Part shown: in pieces, positions 46,901-60,384 of the stretch
How positions within the stretch are numbered: the first letter of the stretch is position 1
How the letters are laid out: the number at the start of each line of letters is the position of its first letter
Assembly (NCBI RefSeq): GCF_009914755.1
Contig: NC_060936.1
DNA length: 64,000 bases
Reading direction: 5' to 3' (one strand)
Source: the human T2T-CHM13v2.0 reference genome, Homo sapiens
Made by a program: the position numbers and the translations under genes
The notes under the pieces: generated by a model
Databases searched by the model: none
Seen by the model: the letters and a program-made list of their open reading frames with translations, nothing else
What the model was told of the DNA's origin: nothing

Positions 46901-49119
46901 AATCTCACATTAATATGGCCTGCTTATTCAGAAATACAAATACCTTTCTTCACCCATAATTAATAAAATATTCTAAGAGCCAGCTTGTAGTATAAGCAAT
47001 TTCTGATTTAATCAATCTTTCAAATTATCATGTGACTCAAGATAATAATAAGCTCCCCTATGTACTCCAACTGAAGACACTAACAGTCAATTAGTCATAA
47101 AACTGAAAACATTAATAAACTGTATTCTCTGCTATAGTGTTCTATAATTTCACACACAGTATCTTCCCAACTAGAGTATGGCAACAACTAATCTCCTTAT
47201 CTCTATTCTCTCTTTCTTCTAGTCTGCTCTGTGTACTACAGCCTGATAGTTGATCTTATTAAAATTTTGCTCTCACAATATGAACATATCCTGCTCAAGT
47301 TCTCCTGTAGCCGGATACATCAAACCAAAAACCTTCGGGCTTGTTTTTAAGATCCTTCACTATTCTGCTCCCTCAGTTTCACTTACTATTTCCTAACATA
47401 AGCCCTCTACCCCAATCAGGTTACTAATTCTCATCTTTGTACTACTGCCCACTCTGCTTTCACAGCCTGAAATAGAACTCTCCTCTTCACCTGTGCATTT
47501 CTTATCAGTCCTTCAAGATTCAGTTCAAATCTCACATTCCCTTCACAAAATTACCTGGACCATTCAATCCTCCAGGAATCTCTCAAATATCTGTACTAAG
47601 AGTATGACCTAACATTTAACATTTTATTATACTCATTTTTTAATGTTCAAGAATTGTCCTATATAATCTTGTTTTTCTGAGTTAGATTATAAAGTACTCA
47701 AGGACAAAATCAGAGTTGTCCAAATCCTGGCAGTGCTGGTAACAGAACAGCTGTATTAACTTAAGCGTTCAAAAGGCCTAGTGCAGTGTCTAACATGTAC
47801 TAACAAGGTAGTAAATGTATGCTAGCTATACCGGAACATCCAAATTAGAGAATATTCTGTAGACATTAAGAATAACACATCTGTGATGTTTGTAAAGATA
47901 GTGATAACAAAAATGTTGTAACAATATCTGTAGAATGATTAAATTTCTGGATAAATACATTTATTTTGTGGGTGGCTTCAAATAATTGTATTCCAAAAAT
48001 ATAAAGTACTAGTATCACTGGATAGTCAGAATCACTGTCCAATGAAAATGATTATGAAACAAAAGTGTTTATGAAACAACAAAAAAAAGTAATAACATTT
48101 CTCCTTTTAAAAAAAGCTTAAAATGAAATAATAAGACAATGTCAAGTTTAAAGGCAGGTTATAAGAATGTACATAGAATATAATCCCAATGTATAAAAAT
48201 AAAAATGGAAGAAAATTTGTTAAATTTATAAGTAATATTCTATAGCTGATTTTTGCACAATCCTAGATTTGCTATTTTATTTCAAATTTTCTGAATACTA
48301 TTCCTAAAACATGGTTTGGAGATGCCCTTGAGTTCCTCGAAGATACTACCAGGAAGGAGGGAAGTATGGAGGGAGAAAACACTTGTAGAAGTTAAACAAG
48401 TAATACATGGAGAAAAATTCAAAGGCAATTCCCATCCTTAAGCACCTGTATTCCTACCATCTGTATTACAGAATGAACTAGAGAATCAGAATGCAATAAA
48501 CTGGTTTTATATTAAAGTGCAGGGCAAAGTACAAACTCAGGGATAACGTTAAGCTATAAACTTCTCCATGATTACACTAGAATCAAACTCTAGCAATTTA
48601 GTATCACTGGAGTTCCCCACCTCCACTCCATCTGCCCTCTACCCCCAAACACTCAAATTTATTCATTATATAATTATTTTTGTCATCAAAAGAAATCACT
48701 TGGTACAACTTTGTTTAGATCCTATCCTCTAGTTTCTTTTTAATGCATATGGAAATTTTGATTTATTCTACTATATGTTATTTTCACAGTATTTTGTGTT
48801 GTTTACTACTCTTGAATATCTGCCTCCGAACAAGACAATCCTTTTAATGATTTCAAATTAGGCAGACAAAACTGTTTTCTTTCCAAAACCTGTGAGAGTT
48901 GTTGCATAAACAGATATGGACAGAGGAAGGAAGTACCCAGTCAACAATACTGAACAGCAGAATAAAGTCTGAATTCTTTGGCATGGCATTAAAATCCAAC
49001 ACAATTGGTCCATATCAATCCTCTTTAACTGTTCTCCATTCACTCCCCATCATGAATTTTCTGAACATCACCATTTCCTCTGTTAGAACATATCCTGCTT
49101 ATTTCCAACAATGATAACC

Positions 49120-49330
49120 AATGTGTGGGCACTGGCACCCAAACAGATCTGGAGTCAAAGCCAAGTTCTGCCAGGATGGCCTTTGGGCAAGTCATAACTT
49201 CTTTGAGGCTCAACTTCCTCATCTTGTAAAATGATAAAAATAAAAACCTACCTCATGAGTTAATGTGAAGATTAGATGTAACCCATGGAAAGCCTTCTGT
49301 GCAGTTCTGGACATACAGCAGGCATGCAAT
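49120..49330 (+). mobile_element. MIR within L2 remnants
   Basis: TTGGGCAAGTCATAACTTCTTTGAGGCTCAACTTCCTCATCTTGTAAAATG. Confidence 0.75.
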
Positions 49331-49521
49331 ATAAAGTTATTATTTCTATTACTTCCCAGTTCTGTGCCTTTGCACGTGCTATTTGCTCTACCTGAAATGT
49401 TACCCTGTTCCCCTCTTCACTTGGAGAATCTTTCTTACCAACTGAGACCTAAAGCATAATACCACCTCATGTTATGTAAAGCCTTTATTGACTTCCTTAA
49501 TTAATGGCTCCCTTTAGGGTA

Positions 49522-49718
49522 TTTTTTTTTTTTTTTTTTGGCGGGGGTGGGAGGCACAGGATGGTGGTTAGAGACAAGGTCTCACTCTGTCACCCAGGCT
49601 GAAGTGCAGTGGCATTATCATAGCTAACGGCAGCCTAAAATTCCTGGGCTCAAGCAATCCTCCTGCCTAAGTCTCCCAATCTGCTGAGATAACAGGTGAA
49701 AGCCACTGTGCCCGGCCC
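49522..49718 (-). mobile_element. Alu monomer (FRAM/AluJ-like)
   Basis: Reverse Alu monomer. Confidence 0.85.
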
Positions 49719-50699
49719 ATGGCCCCCTTTTCTGTGCTAGTTCAGTACTTTGCTCTTTTCTCCATCATAGTTGTTATTATACTAACCTCTAATTATTTAT
49801 CTCTTTCCCTGAAAGATTAGAAGTTCCTTAAAGACTGGTGAATATTTTCTATCACACAGCACTGAGCCTGGGGCACACAACAGGCATTCATATGTTTCTG
49901 AAGAAACATTTACATATAGATTCTTATAAAAGAATCTATAAAAAATGCTGCAGCATATGAGAGGAGTGACAGGGCAAATGCTACAGAGAGGACAAATGGA
50001 ATGAAAGAAGCTGTCACATTCGGCAATTAAGAGGTCACAAGTTTGGTGACACTGGTACAAAAAAAAGGTCACAGGCAACCTTAGAGAGATGAATTTCAGT
50101 ACTGTAGTAAGAAATGAACAGTCAGCAGGTGAAAATGTTGCCTTTAAGAAACTGACCAATTATGGAGAAAAAACAGTAAGCTGAAGGTAAAGCAAAATTA
50201 AGGGAACATTTCTGCATGACAAGATGAACCAGGAGGTAGAGGCTGAGTATTTAAGTAAGAGGTAATAAAATAAAATCCCTGATACGGCAGTAGTATTAGC
50301 CTGGTGGGGCCAGGAGCAGTGGGGGATATGCTAGACTCAGCTAGAGGAAAAAGGTTGAGGTTGAAATGCAACTTAAGTTTTGAGGTAAAAGCTTTCTGGA
50401 AAGACTACATTAATGTTTTGTTTTTTGTAATGGGCTAGATGATCTCTAAACACTTTTCCAGCTCAAAACATCCAGTTATGTAATTTTTAATGCCAATGAA
50501 ATATCTCTGAAATCTATTCTTTCTTTCCTTTTCTACCACTATTGCCCTAGCGATCATTATTAGTATACTCTTATATGAGTACTCCCATTTCTCTGCTTCC
50601 TATACCTTTCCTCTATGTCATTACTTGGATTGATCTTCCCAAGCCATTGTTTTCTATGTTTTTACAACGTTTTACATATTTTAGACAGATTGATGGGGA

Positions 50700-51280
50700 T
50701 ACAGATATCTATGCATGGGTAGACATATACGCACTATAACATTTGTTTAGAAAAACATGGATTTGTCCCAATGCCACTGATATGAACACATGTTAGGGAA
50801 CAAGTTGAGAATAACACTAATTTTGTGTTTGCTTATGTTCAAATGCAAGAAATGCTCAGCAGGCACAGATAACTGCAACCCAGTCACGTAGAAATATATG
50901 CATACACACCTCAAACATCTGCCAGTTACGTCAGTTCACTGCATACGTTATGAGCTACACCCATCCACATCTGGTGTAACACTCTCACTCCAATTTCAGA
51001 TAACCTTCCTCCTACCATTTTACAGTAATTCACAAGCTGGGATCCTTCTAACACTTTTCAAAAAGTTTAGGTATTTTTCAAAGTAAAGTGTCATATTTGT
51101 TGTAGTATTTATGTACTTATTAAGCATTTAACATGTGTGAAACTGCTAGTTTTTATTAGGTTTCTATCTTTTTAAATGCCATTGACAAAGTTTTTGAGTG
51201 TTATGCCCCAAACTCCATTTTCACATATGCCCTACAGTTTTTACTGCACAATTTTGCATACCATGATGAGTTTCAGGAAC
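50700..51280. mobile_element. Probable old Tigger-type DNA transposon remnant
   Basis: Resemblance by eye only (AAGTTTTTGAGTGTTATGCCCCAAAC, TTTCAGGAAC). Confidence 0.35.
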
Positions 51281-51489
51281 TTATTTCAGCTACAGCATAC
51301 ATACATTTATAATTACTCCAGCTCCAACCACCAACTTCCCAGTGAAATCAAAGGTTATAGAGGTTTAAAAAAAGAAAAAACCTCTGGTCATCCTTCACAA
51401 TTATCTGAACCTATGAGACTCTTTCAATGGCACAAACACTTTTCCTGAGCAATGTTTCAGGAAACACAATATATGAAAAGAAAAAAATA

Positions 51490-51838
<349 letters not shown>

Positions 51839-51969
51839 CTATTTATCTAAGACTATTTATGGGCTAATCAAAAAGCCACATAATAAGGCAGATAAGCAGT
51901 AAGGTCCTTTCCCAATGAAGTAATGGTTAAGTATTTTAATATCAAACAGCACAAAACACATGCATCCAA

Positions 51970-52112
51970 CTGGACATGGTGGCTCATGCCTGTACTCTCA
52001 GCTGCTTGGTAGGCTGAGGCAAGAGGATCACTTGAGCCCAGGAGTTTGAGGCTGAGTCATCACACCATAGTACTGCAGCCTGGGGAACAAGCAAGATCCC
52101 TGTCTCTAAAAA
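51970..52112 (+). mobile_element. Alu monomer
   Basis: Degenerate monomer. Confidence 0.8.
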
Positions 52113-52801
52113 ACATACAACAAAAGATACATACACATCCACCCCTATTTTTGAAGTTATAGAATAACATCATAAAAATACTCATGATGAGTGGTTAAGT
52201 ATACACACAAATCAATAGTGTGGTTCCATTTCTCAAGTAGATTCAAAAAAATAAGAATAGAAACACAAATATTAATATGTATAAGATAACAGGTTTTTCT
52301 ACCTTTCCTTGGATTTATTTCCATGAGAGAACTACAGTGAACACACTGCCTTTTTTTTAACACATTACTTCTACTAGCAGAAAAAAATTAGGATTACATA
52401 AATTTGATTTGCATCAACTTTTGCTTACATTATAGGATATGGAGAAGTCTTTCAAGAATTTGAAACCTAAAAGTAACTTCTTTGATTATTTCAGCTAATA
52501 CAATCGTACTTTTTATTCCTATTCCTCAAGCACCATCTTCTGAATGTTAACTCTGTTCTGAGATTTACATTCTTTTTAAATACTACTAAAAATATTCTGG
52601 AAAAAACTCCAAAATAATAGAAAATCAATTGATACTTTATGTAACCTGCAAATTCTAAAATATTAAGTAGTTTGCTTACATGACCATAGATAAGCTTAGT
52701 CTGAAAGATGTCTTTTTAAGTTAATTTCATCTGTTTCAGTTCTGTATTTCAAACTGTATATTATTATGTTTATTTATCCTATTCTCTTAGTCCCCCTAGA
52801 G

Positions 52802-52972
52802 TTTTGTTTTGTTTGAGTTTTTCTGAGCCAGGGTCTCACTTTGTCACCCAGGCTGTAGTGCAGTTGAGCAGTCACGGCTCACTGCAGGCTCGACCTCCTG
52901 GGCTCAATTGATTCTCCCACCTTAGCTTCTCAAAGTGGTAGCATTAGAGGTGTGAGCTATGGCACCTGGCCC
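52802..52972 (-). mobile_element. Alu monomer
   Basis: Reverse monomer. Confidence 0.82.
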
Positions 52973-54384
52973 CACAGAATTTATTATGAAGAGCCTGAAA
53001 ACAAAGTTTCAGCTGCCACAGAATTGTAATCCACAATATAAATTCTCTCCTATCTGTTCACTTCAGCAAAACCTAACAAAATATTAATTTTCAGAATACA
53101 ACTGCCCTATTTCTTCAACTACTTAAAATAAATGAGACTATCATTGAAAAATACACTGTGACCCACAAAATTTTGCTGGACAAAATCTCCAAAAACTATC
53201 ACAGAATAAACATTTTACTAGTCAACTGACATGCTAAGATTTGAACTTGCTGGAGCTCTTTTTACCTTTGAAGTGTGTGATTTTGCTGCTTTTAGAATTT
53301 AAATATTCCTACAATGTCGTTCAGCCATGGTGCCCTGTGTATTTTTACATAGCCTAAGGAGAATGTAACAGGTGGCTGAGGCTCAATTCTATACATGTAG
53401 GTATATGGCTATAACACATTTGCCTAAGATCTAAACAGAAAGTTGACTCAGCAGTTAACCAAATATGTTCAAAATCAATTGCCAGTCAAGGATGCCTATA
53501 GGTCTAACATGTAAGATTTGTAATCAATGGGAAAAATGTTTGCACTTGATAGTAGTTTGATAAGATGGCAAACACAATGCTTTAAAAGTTTGAGTTGCTA
53601 ATTATCAAATACATTTATAAACACAAGTATATGCTTTCACTTAAAGATATGTAAAAATTAAAAATGAGTGAAAGTAAAGTTCTAATTACGCATTAACTAT
53701 TTGAGGTGTTTCTGTAGTCTAGACTTGTCTAAATTCTGGAAAAGAGGCAAAGCAGACAGAGCATTTTGCACTAAGTATGTGACATTACATAAATGTTTAA
53801 AGTACTTTGAATTTCCAAGTAGCTCAACCTGTCTGTTAAAATATGCACAGTTTTAAATTGGAAGAAAAAAATGAAAATGTTTAACAACCTCATAGGAAAT
53901 TAACCTATACAGTAACTACAATTTCTGATTTGGGCATTTTTATAACATTTTCACAAACATCATTTTATTTAATTCATGTAACAATCCTGTTAGATAACCA
54001 GCATTCATTTCATTTGACGGATCAGTAAACTAGTACAGGGTATTTAAGTTAGTTCTTCCCAAACTTTAGTGTGTACCAAAATCACTCAAGTTAAAATGCA
54101 GACTCTCAGATAACATCCCTAACCCAGACTGGGGTGGATTCCAGAAATCTGATTTTAAATAAATGGCAAAAGTGATACTGGTAGAGATGGTCCCCCCAGA
54201 AACATCTTTTAGGACACTGATTCTAGTACTGTAACTAAAGTGGTAAGCAGTGGAAACTCCTTTTTTTTTTTTTTTTAACTCTGAATCAATGTTCCCAAAT
54301 GTTTAGATGACAGAGCTTTGCAGATCTCCATGAAAGATATGTAAAAGTTTTATTAAGGTGAAAGTATTACACTCAGTTAAATTG

Positions 54385-54473
54385 TTAGGTTTTTGCAAAA
54401 GTAATCCAACTATTAGGCTGGTGCCATTACTTTCAATGGCAAAAACTGTGATTACTTTTGCACAAACCTAATA
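54385..54473. mobile_element. Rearranged MADE1 (Hsmar1 MITE)
   Basis: TGCCATTACTTTCAATGGCAAAAACTGTGATTACTTTTGCACAAACCTAATA matches MADE1. Confidence 0.88.
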
Positions 54474-54922
54474 AATACCTATTATACTAAACTCCACTGC
54501 AAACAAATGGTAGTAGGTGCCCAAGTTTTAAGAAACTTAAAATTGAGGAGATCCTACCATAATTTCATTTTCTCTGTAAAGTGGGAAAGGCTGATATTAA
54601 ATTATTTTAAGTTAATGGCTTCTCATAATTTGAATACCATATCACTTTACTGAAAGGAAAGCTAAAATTTAGGGACCAGAGGTTCTAAGAACATAATGAA
54701 AAATAAAGATGAAAATATAAAAGCACTTAAGAGCACACCGTGTGAATACTAAAAAACCACTGAACTGTACACTTTAAAAGGGTAAATTTTATTGTATGTG
54801 AATTATATCTCAATTTTTAAAAAAGGAAAAAAAGCACAGAGAAAATGTCAAACCCTAATATTTGCCAATAATTTTATACTTATAAAACATTATATCAACC
54901 TTGCTATTAAATGGCATAATTA

Positions 54923-55340
<418 letters not shown>

Positions 55341-55529
55341 TTAAATAAGAATTTTAATGCCAGTGTTTATATATTCATTTGTTCTCAAAATTTTCCATTA
55401 AAGTCTCACTTCATCTATGTTCTATAAATAGGGCTATTTTTAAATTCCATAGTCATATACTAACAATTTAACACTAAAATATTCTTTGTATTTCTTAAAC
55501 TAGGTATACAGTATGTAATACACTGAAGT

Positions 55530-55735
55530 GTAGTAAGATGGTTTATTACGCACAAGACTGTGAGTGCAAACTATCTCTAATCTACTTCTCACTACATGTA
55601 TGACCTGAAGCAAGTAACATACCTTCTCTTCCCCATTTTCCCATAGGGCTGTGGTGAGAATTAAATGCACTAATGTATGTCAAGTGCTTAGAACAGTGCC
55701 TGGCACTTAATAAGCACACCATAAATGTCATCTAC
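55530..55735 (+). mobile_element. MIR
   Basis: ATAGGGCTGTGGTGAGAATTAAATG...AAGTGCTTAGAACAGTGCCTGGCAC. Confidence 0.85.
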
Positions 55736-57094
55736 TTTAATTATGTAATTATTATTTTTATGAGAAATGACATCCCAGCTCAGACAACTCAGTACAAATC
55801 CTGATAATATTAAAATTTCAATTTACTTTACCAGTGAGCTCAAACATTTAGGAAAGCTGGGCTAATAGCCCAGGTTTTACACTAAACAGTCTCAGTGTTT
55901 ACACTATATCTACCCCATTCACGAATCAAATTTTCTCCAACTCTGAGTCATTATTAGTTTCTCTCCTGACTCATCACACAGAAAGGTAGACAGTCTGGAG
56001 CATAATGGGAATAACAAAAGGCATTTCTTAATCCACCTGGATTTATAAAGTTTACTAAGTGGAACTTGTCCTATATATAATGTTCAATAAACATACTAAA
56101 TAATTATGACCTAACCTGTGTTCACTTAAAAGTGCTTTCTATATGTTAAATGCTCCTTTATCTTCCCTTTCACCAACACGAGTTCAAACTATGGAGTAGG
56201 TGTCATGACCCCATCTTGATAGAAAAACAATATATCACTTAGGTAAAATCAAAGATTCACATTTTCTGACCACTAGCCAAAAATAAATTTACGTTTTGCC
56301 GAGAGCCTGGTGTTCAAAATTTTGCCACTCTATAGGTTAGAGGGTCAGAGGCAATCTCTGAGTCCACAAATTTGACCTGAAATTCTATTCAATTCCATAC
56401 CTTTACTGTTTTCCTCATTCAGATGTTTAAATTACTTAAGATAATCTTTAATAAAAAGTTATGTAAAAATCTAGGGAAATATGCTGAATAATGAAAAGTA
56501 GGTTAATTTTTAAAAACTCCCCTTTCCCTAGATATATACATACACACAAAATACACAAAAATGTTTAAAATATTGCTCTATCAGTTACTTTCTATGTGAT
56601 CTTGAATCATTTAAGCTCTAAGTCTTCATTTTCTCCTCTGGAAATAGTGATAAACAGTGTAACTACCACATGAGATTGCTGTGAACTTCAGTACATAAAG
56701 CACTTTAGCCAACCACTAAAGCTAAACCACTTTAGCCAACCACTATTTTAAAACAGAAGTTTTAAATACTGTATATGTTAACTTTTATACTTAAACCAAA
56801 ACTTCAGTGCCACCTCTACCTATTCAAAGATTACATTTTCTATGGCACCCATCTCCATTAACCCATTCACACAACCCTACTCAATGGCAGTAACTTCACA
56901 AACCCCCTGGAAACAAGTATGTAACTGTCTAGGAAGCTTTCTTCAACTATCACTCCTCCTCCCTGGGTTAGGTACCCTGCTCAGGCACTAAGCTATACTT
57001 ACTACTCTACTTTTCACATTTCCTTATATTACCTGAGAGCACCTCGTGGGCAAGGCTTATGTCCTATTCATTTCTATACCCAGACTGCAGTCCA

Positions 57095-57296
57095 ACAGTT
57101 GTTATCACTGACTCACATTTGAATCAAATGGGGAACTTATAAAAATATTAATGCCTGGGATCCATCCCAGACCCATTCAATATTACAGGGTGGGGTGAAG
57201 GGACAAAGAGGGCACGGAATTGAATTAGCATGAGCAAACATTTTTTTAAAGATCCTAACATGCTATCAATGTGCTGCTCAAGTTAAGAACCACTGC
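57095..57296. mobile_element. MER5-like hAT MITE
   Basis: CAGTTGTTATCA...AAGTTAAGAACCACTG termini. Confidence 0.6.
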
Positions 57297-60200
57297 ATGT
57301 CGGTACTTAATATACTATACAAACAATTATGTATACATGTACATATGTGAGAACATATGTAAAAATATACAAGTACTGAAAAGTTTAAGACTCAGGTCAA
57401 GATTCTCATCCTCAATAGCTTCTCCCAGCCCAATCATCTCCCCCTTTTAAACACACACTATTTCCAATAAATAGTTACATGCTTCATTAAGATGGCTTTT
57501 AAACTGTTAACTCAGTACTTAAATTTTTTCATGTAATTATGCCTTATCCTTCTTCCTAGATTATAGCCTTGCTCCTTGAGAATATACACTGCCGTGTTCT
57601 TATTTTCTCCACTGCTTAAGGATAGTGTCTTTAACAGGTATGTAATACACATTTGACTGATCTGATAAACACACACAAAAATTACTGGCAAGAAGTATGC
57701 CACGTCCAAATTACCCAGTTCAGGTGAATTACTACCAAAAAATAGAAAATGTAAAAATTTAGAAAAAAGGATATTTTTCTTAAAACTCTTAGTAAATTTT
57801 ATCTCATTAAAGAAGCTCTGGATAGATCGACTTCAGCCATCACATGCAGTAACCACCCAGTTTCCTACCTCCCAAATAGCTAGTTTCGGTTTTTGACCTG
57901 GTTCCTTGCCTATAACTATCTTCTAGTCAATTCTGGTATCTTTAGCTGCTGTCAGATACCTTTATAACAGTATTATATATACACTCTATAACTAGTAAAG
58001 TGAGGTAATGAAAGTCACAATAAATGTATCACACAGATGTTTCATAAGTACTTCCTTGAAGGAACTTAATGTTTATCCACCATTAAAACCAGATCTCTAC
58101 ATATGAACTACATGTTAATCTACTAATACAGACTTGGTTGGGAATCATGTCTGAAAATAAGAGTCTTACTCGACATTAGATAAAATAAAGTCTACTTTTG
58201 AATATAAAGAGATTGGTCATTTTCATCTTTTTACTTATTTTCATACCCGAAAAATTTGCAAAATATGTATGACTTTTTAAAACAGGGGTGCTAAATTAAA
58301 TATTACACAAGAAACTCCACAGCAACTGGTATTCTCAATGTTGAAACTACCAGGAGAAATGGCACAATTCTAAAAAAGCAACAATATAAACACATGAAAA
58401 TGGCTCAGCTTTAAAGTTTTGCATCATATATTTTACCACTATTAAAATAATCTGAAATACATAAGTTGTTTTGAAAAATAAGAAAATATGAGGAGGAGGC
58501 GCTCAAGAAGTATGTCTGTTAATTAGATACTGTAGTGAAGCATTACTGTTTTGTTGGGTCCTGCAGCTTGAAACGGACAGAGACATAGTTACCACTAAAA
58601 GAAAGCAGTCCTCAATTCCCTATTCAATAAAAAGGTTCAAACTCTACAGACAAAAAAAAAGGTACCCTTGGTTTGTTTGTTTTCAGGGAAGATTAAATTT
58701 AGGAGTTGCCAACACCCAAACGAAAAACATTCCAGAGTATTAGACTCCATTGTAGTGGGAAGTCATCTACATTCTCAGCACTATGTTCTCTTACTCAAAG
58801 CAGGGGTATTAACAAAAGATGTTTCTTAGGATCTCACAAGATACACTCTACTTACTTCCCCCAGTAAACATTACCCTTGTTTAAAAAAAAAAAAAGTACT
58901 TGAAAAATAATTTTAGCACATGCAGCCAGAAAAAAAGTGAAGTTTAACATCTGCCAAGATATTTCCCAAAATAAGACCGCTGTCAGATGAACAATGAGGA
59001 AAAGATTGAAAATGACAAATTCTTTTATTTGGATCATCAGCTACTTTTAAAAATCAAGTTGAGGAATGTAGCTTTTCCAAAGCCTTGTCTTCAATTTCCC
59101 CTTAATCTTCATATTTTTAACTAAAAAAAAAAAAAAAAAAAAACACCTAGAAATTTGATTACCACTCTTACGAATTCCTTCTAAAGCAATTTAATGAATA
59201 ACAGATCTTTTGTGCAAGTAGCAAACCGCAGAGGACAGTTTTGCTGGCTGATAAAAATCTCTGAAACGCTCATATAAATACGTCCTACAAAGACACACTA
59301 TGATTTAACAGGTATGGAAATCATAATACTAAAAATTTAGGTATATTTAATATACACCCTAACTTATTGCAAATGCTTCTACTTAAACCACAATTAAAGT
59401 TGAGTAAAATTAGAAAGCCAGGAGAAGAAAAAGTGAAAGCTAAACAGTCAATGAGAAAAAGATGCAACTATTTTAGGTGAAACAAGGTAGTTGAACCACT
59501 TCCTCAAATCCATGAGCTACTATCAAAGTAATCAAAACTTGTTTGAGATTGTTTTGTCTTGTTTCTGGTAGAGGGAGGTGTGATTATACACTTAGTAAAA
59601 ATGTTTTACCAGTCACTCTAATGGAAGATGCTGCTACCTGTAACGTTTCGAAAATGCTCCAAACTGCAAACAACCCAAAACAAACAAAAACCCTACCACA
59701 TGTTTTTCAGACACAGTACTCAAAAAGAGATCGTCTTAGCGAACAGAATTGTGGGTTACTAAATCATCCCTATTGTCCTAAGTATCACTCAGAAAAACAC
59801 TGTGTGTTTAGGAGCACAACTTATAAACAGCTGATTTATATATAAAATAGTGCACGTATTCATTTGGATATACTCATCTTGAGCTCACTGTAAGATAAAG
59901 CTGTCTTGGATATTGCTAAGGCAACATTTTCTTTACAGATGTTATTAAACATTGGTAAGAAAGGAGAAATAAACTGGTAACTTCACATGGGCACGTGAGA
60001 CCCTAGAGAATGTCGTCACCATTAATCAATTTTTCTAACTGATCAAGCATAAACAGCCAAGTCCAGGTGGCCAAGTCAGCCAAGTCCAGGTGGGCAAGTC
60101 CTGGAGCCATAAGTTGTCTTTCTACCACGGTAAAAAAGGATCCTGGATCTGAGACCTGGCCAGGAAGCCTGAAAAGCACGTGTCCTACTCTGAGTTTGGG

Positions 60201-60384
60201 GAACTTCCCAGGAAGCATTTGTTCAGAGTAAAACTCCATCACCCCCTGCCTGCCTAACTCGGTGAAGGGACAAGTACGAGCCAGGGGAGGTAAACTCTGC
60301 GCCCCGGGTAGCTCCCAGGAGGAAGACACCGGGAGGCAGCTGCCCGCCCCGGCCCGGTCCGGCTGCGGCCCCCGCCCGGCTCAC

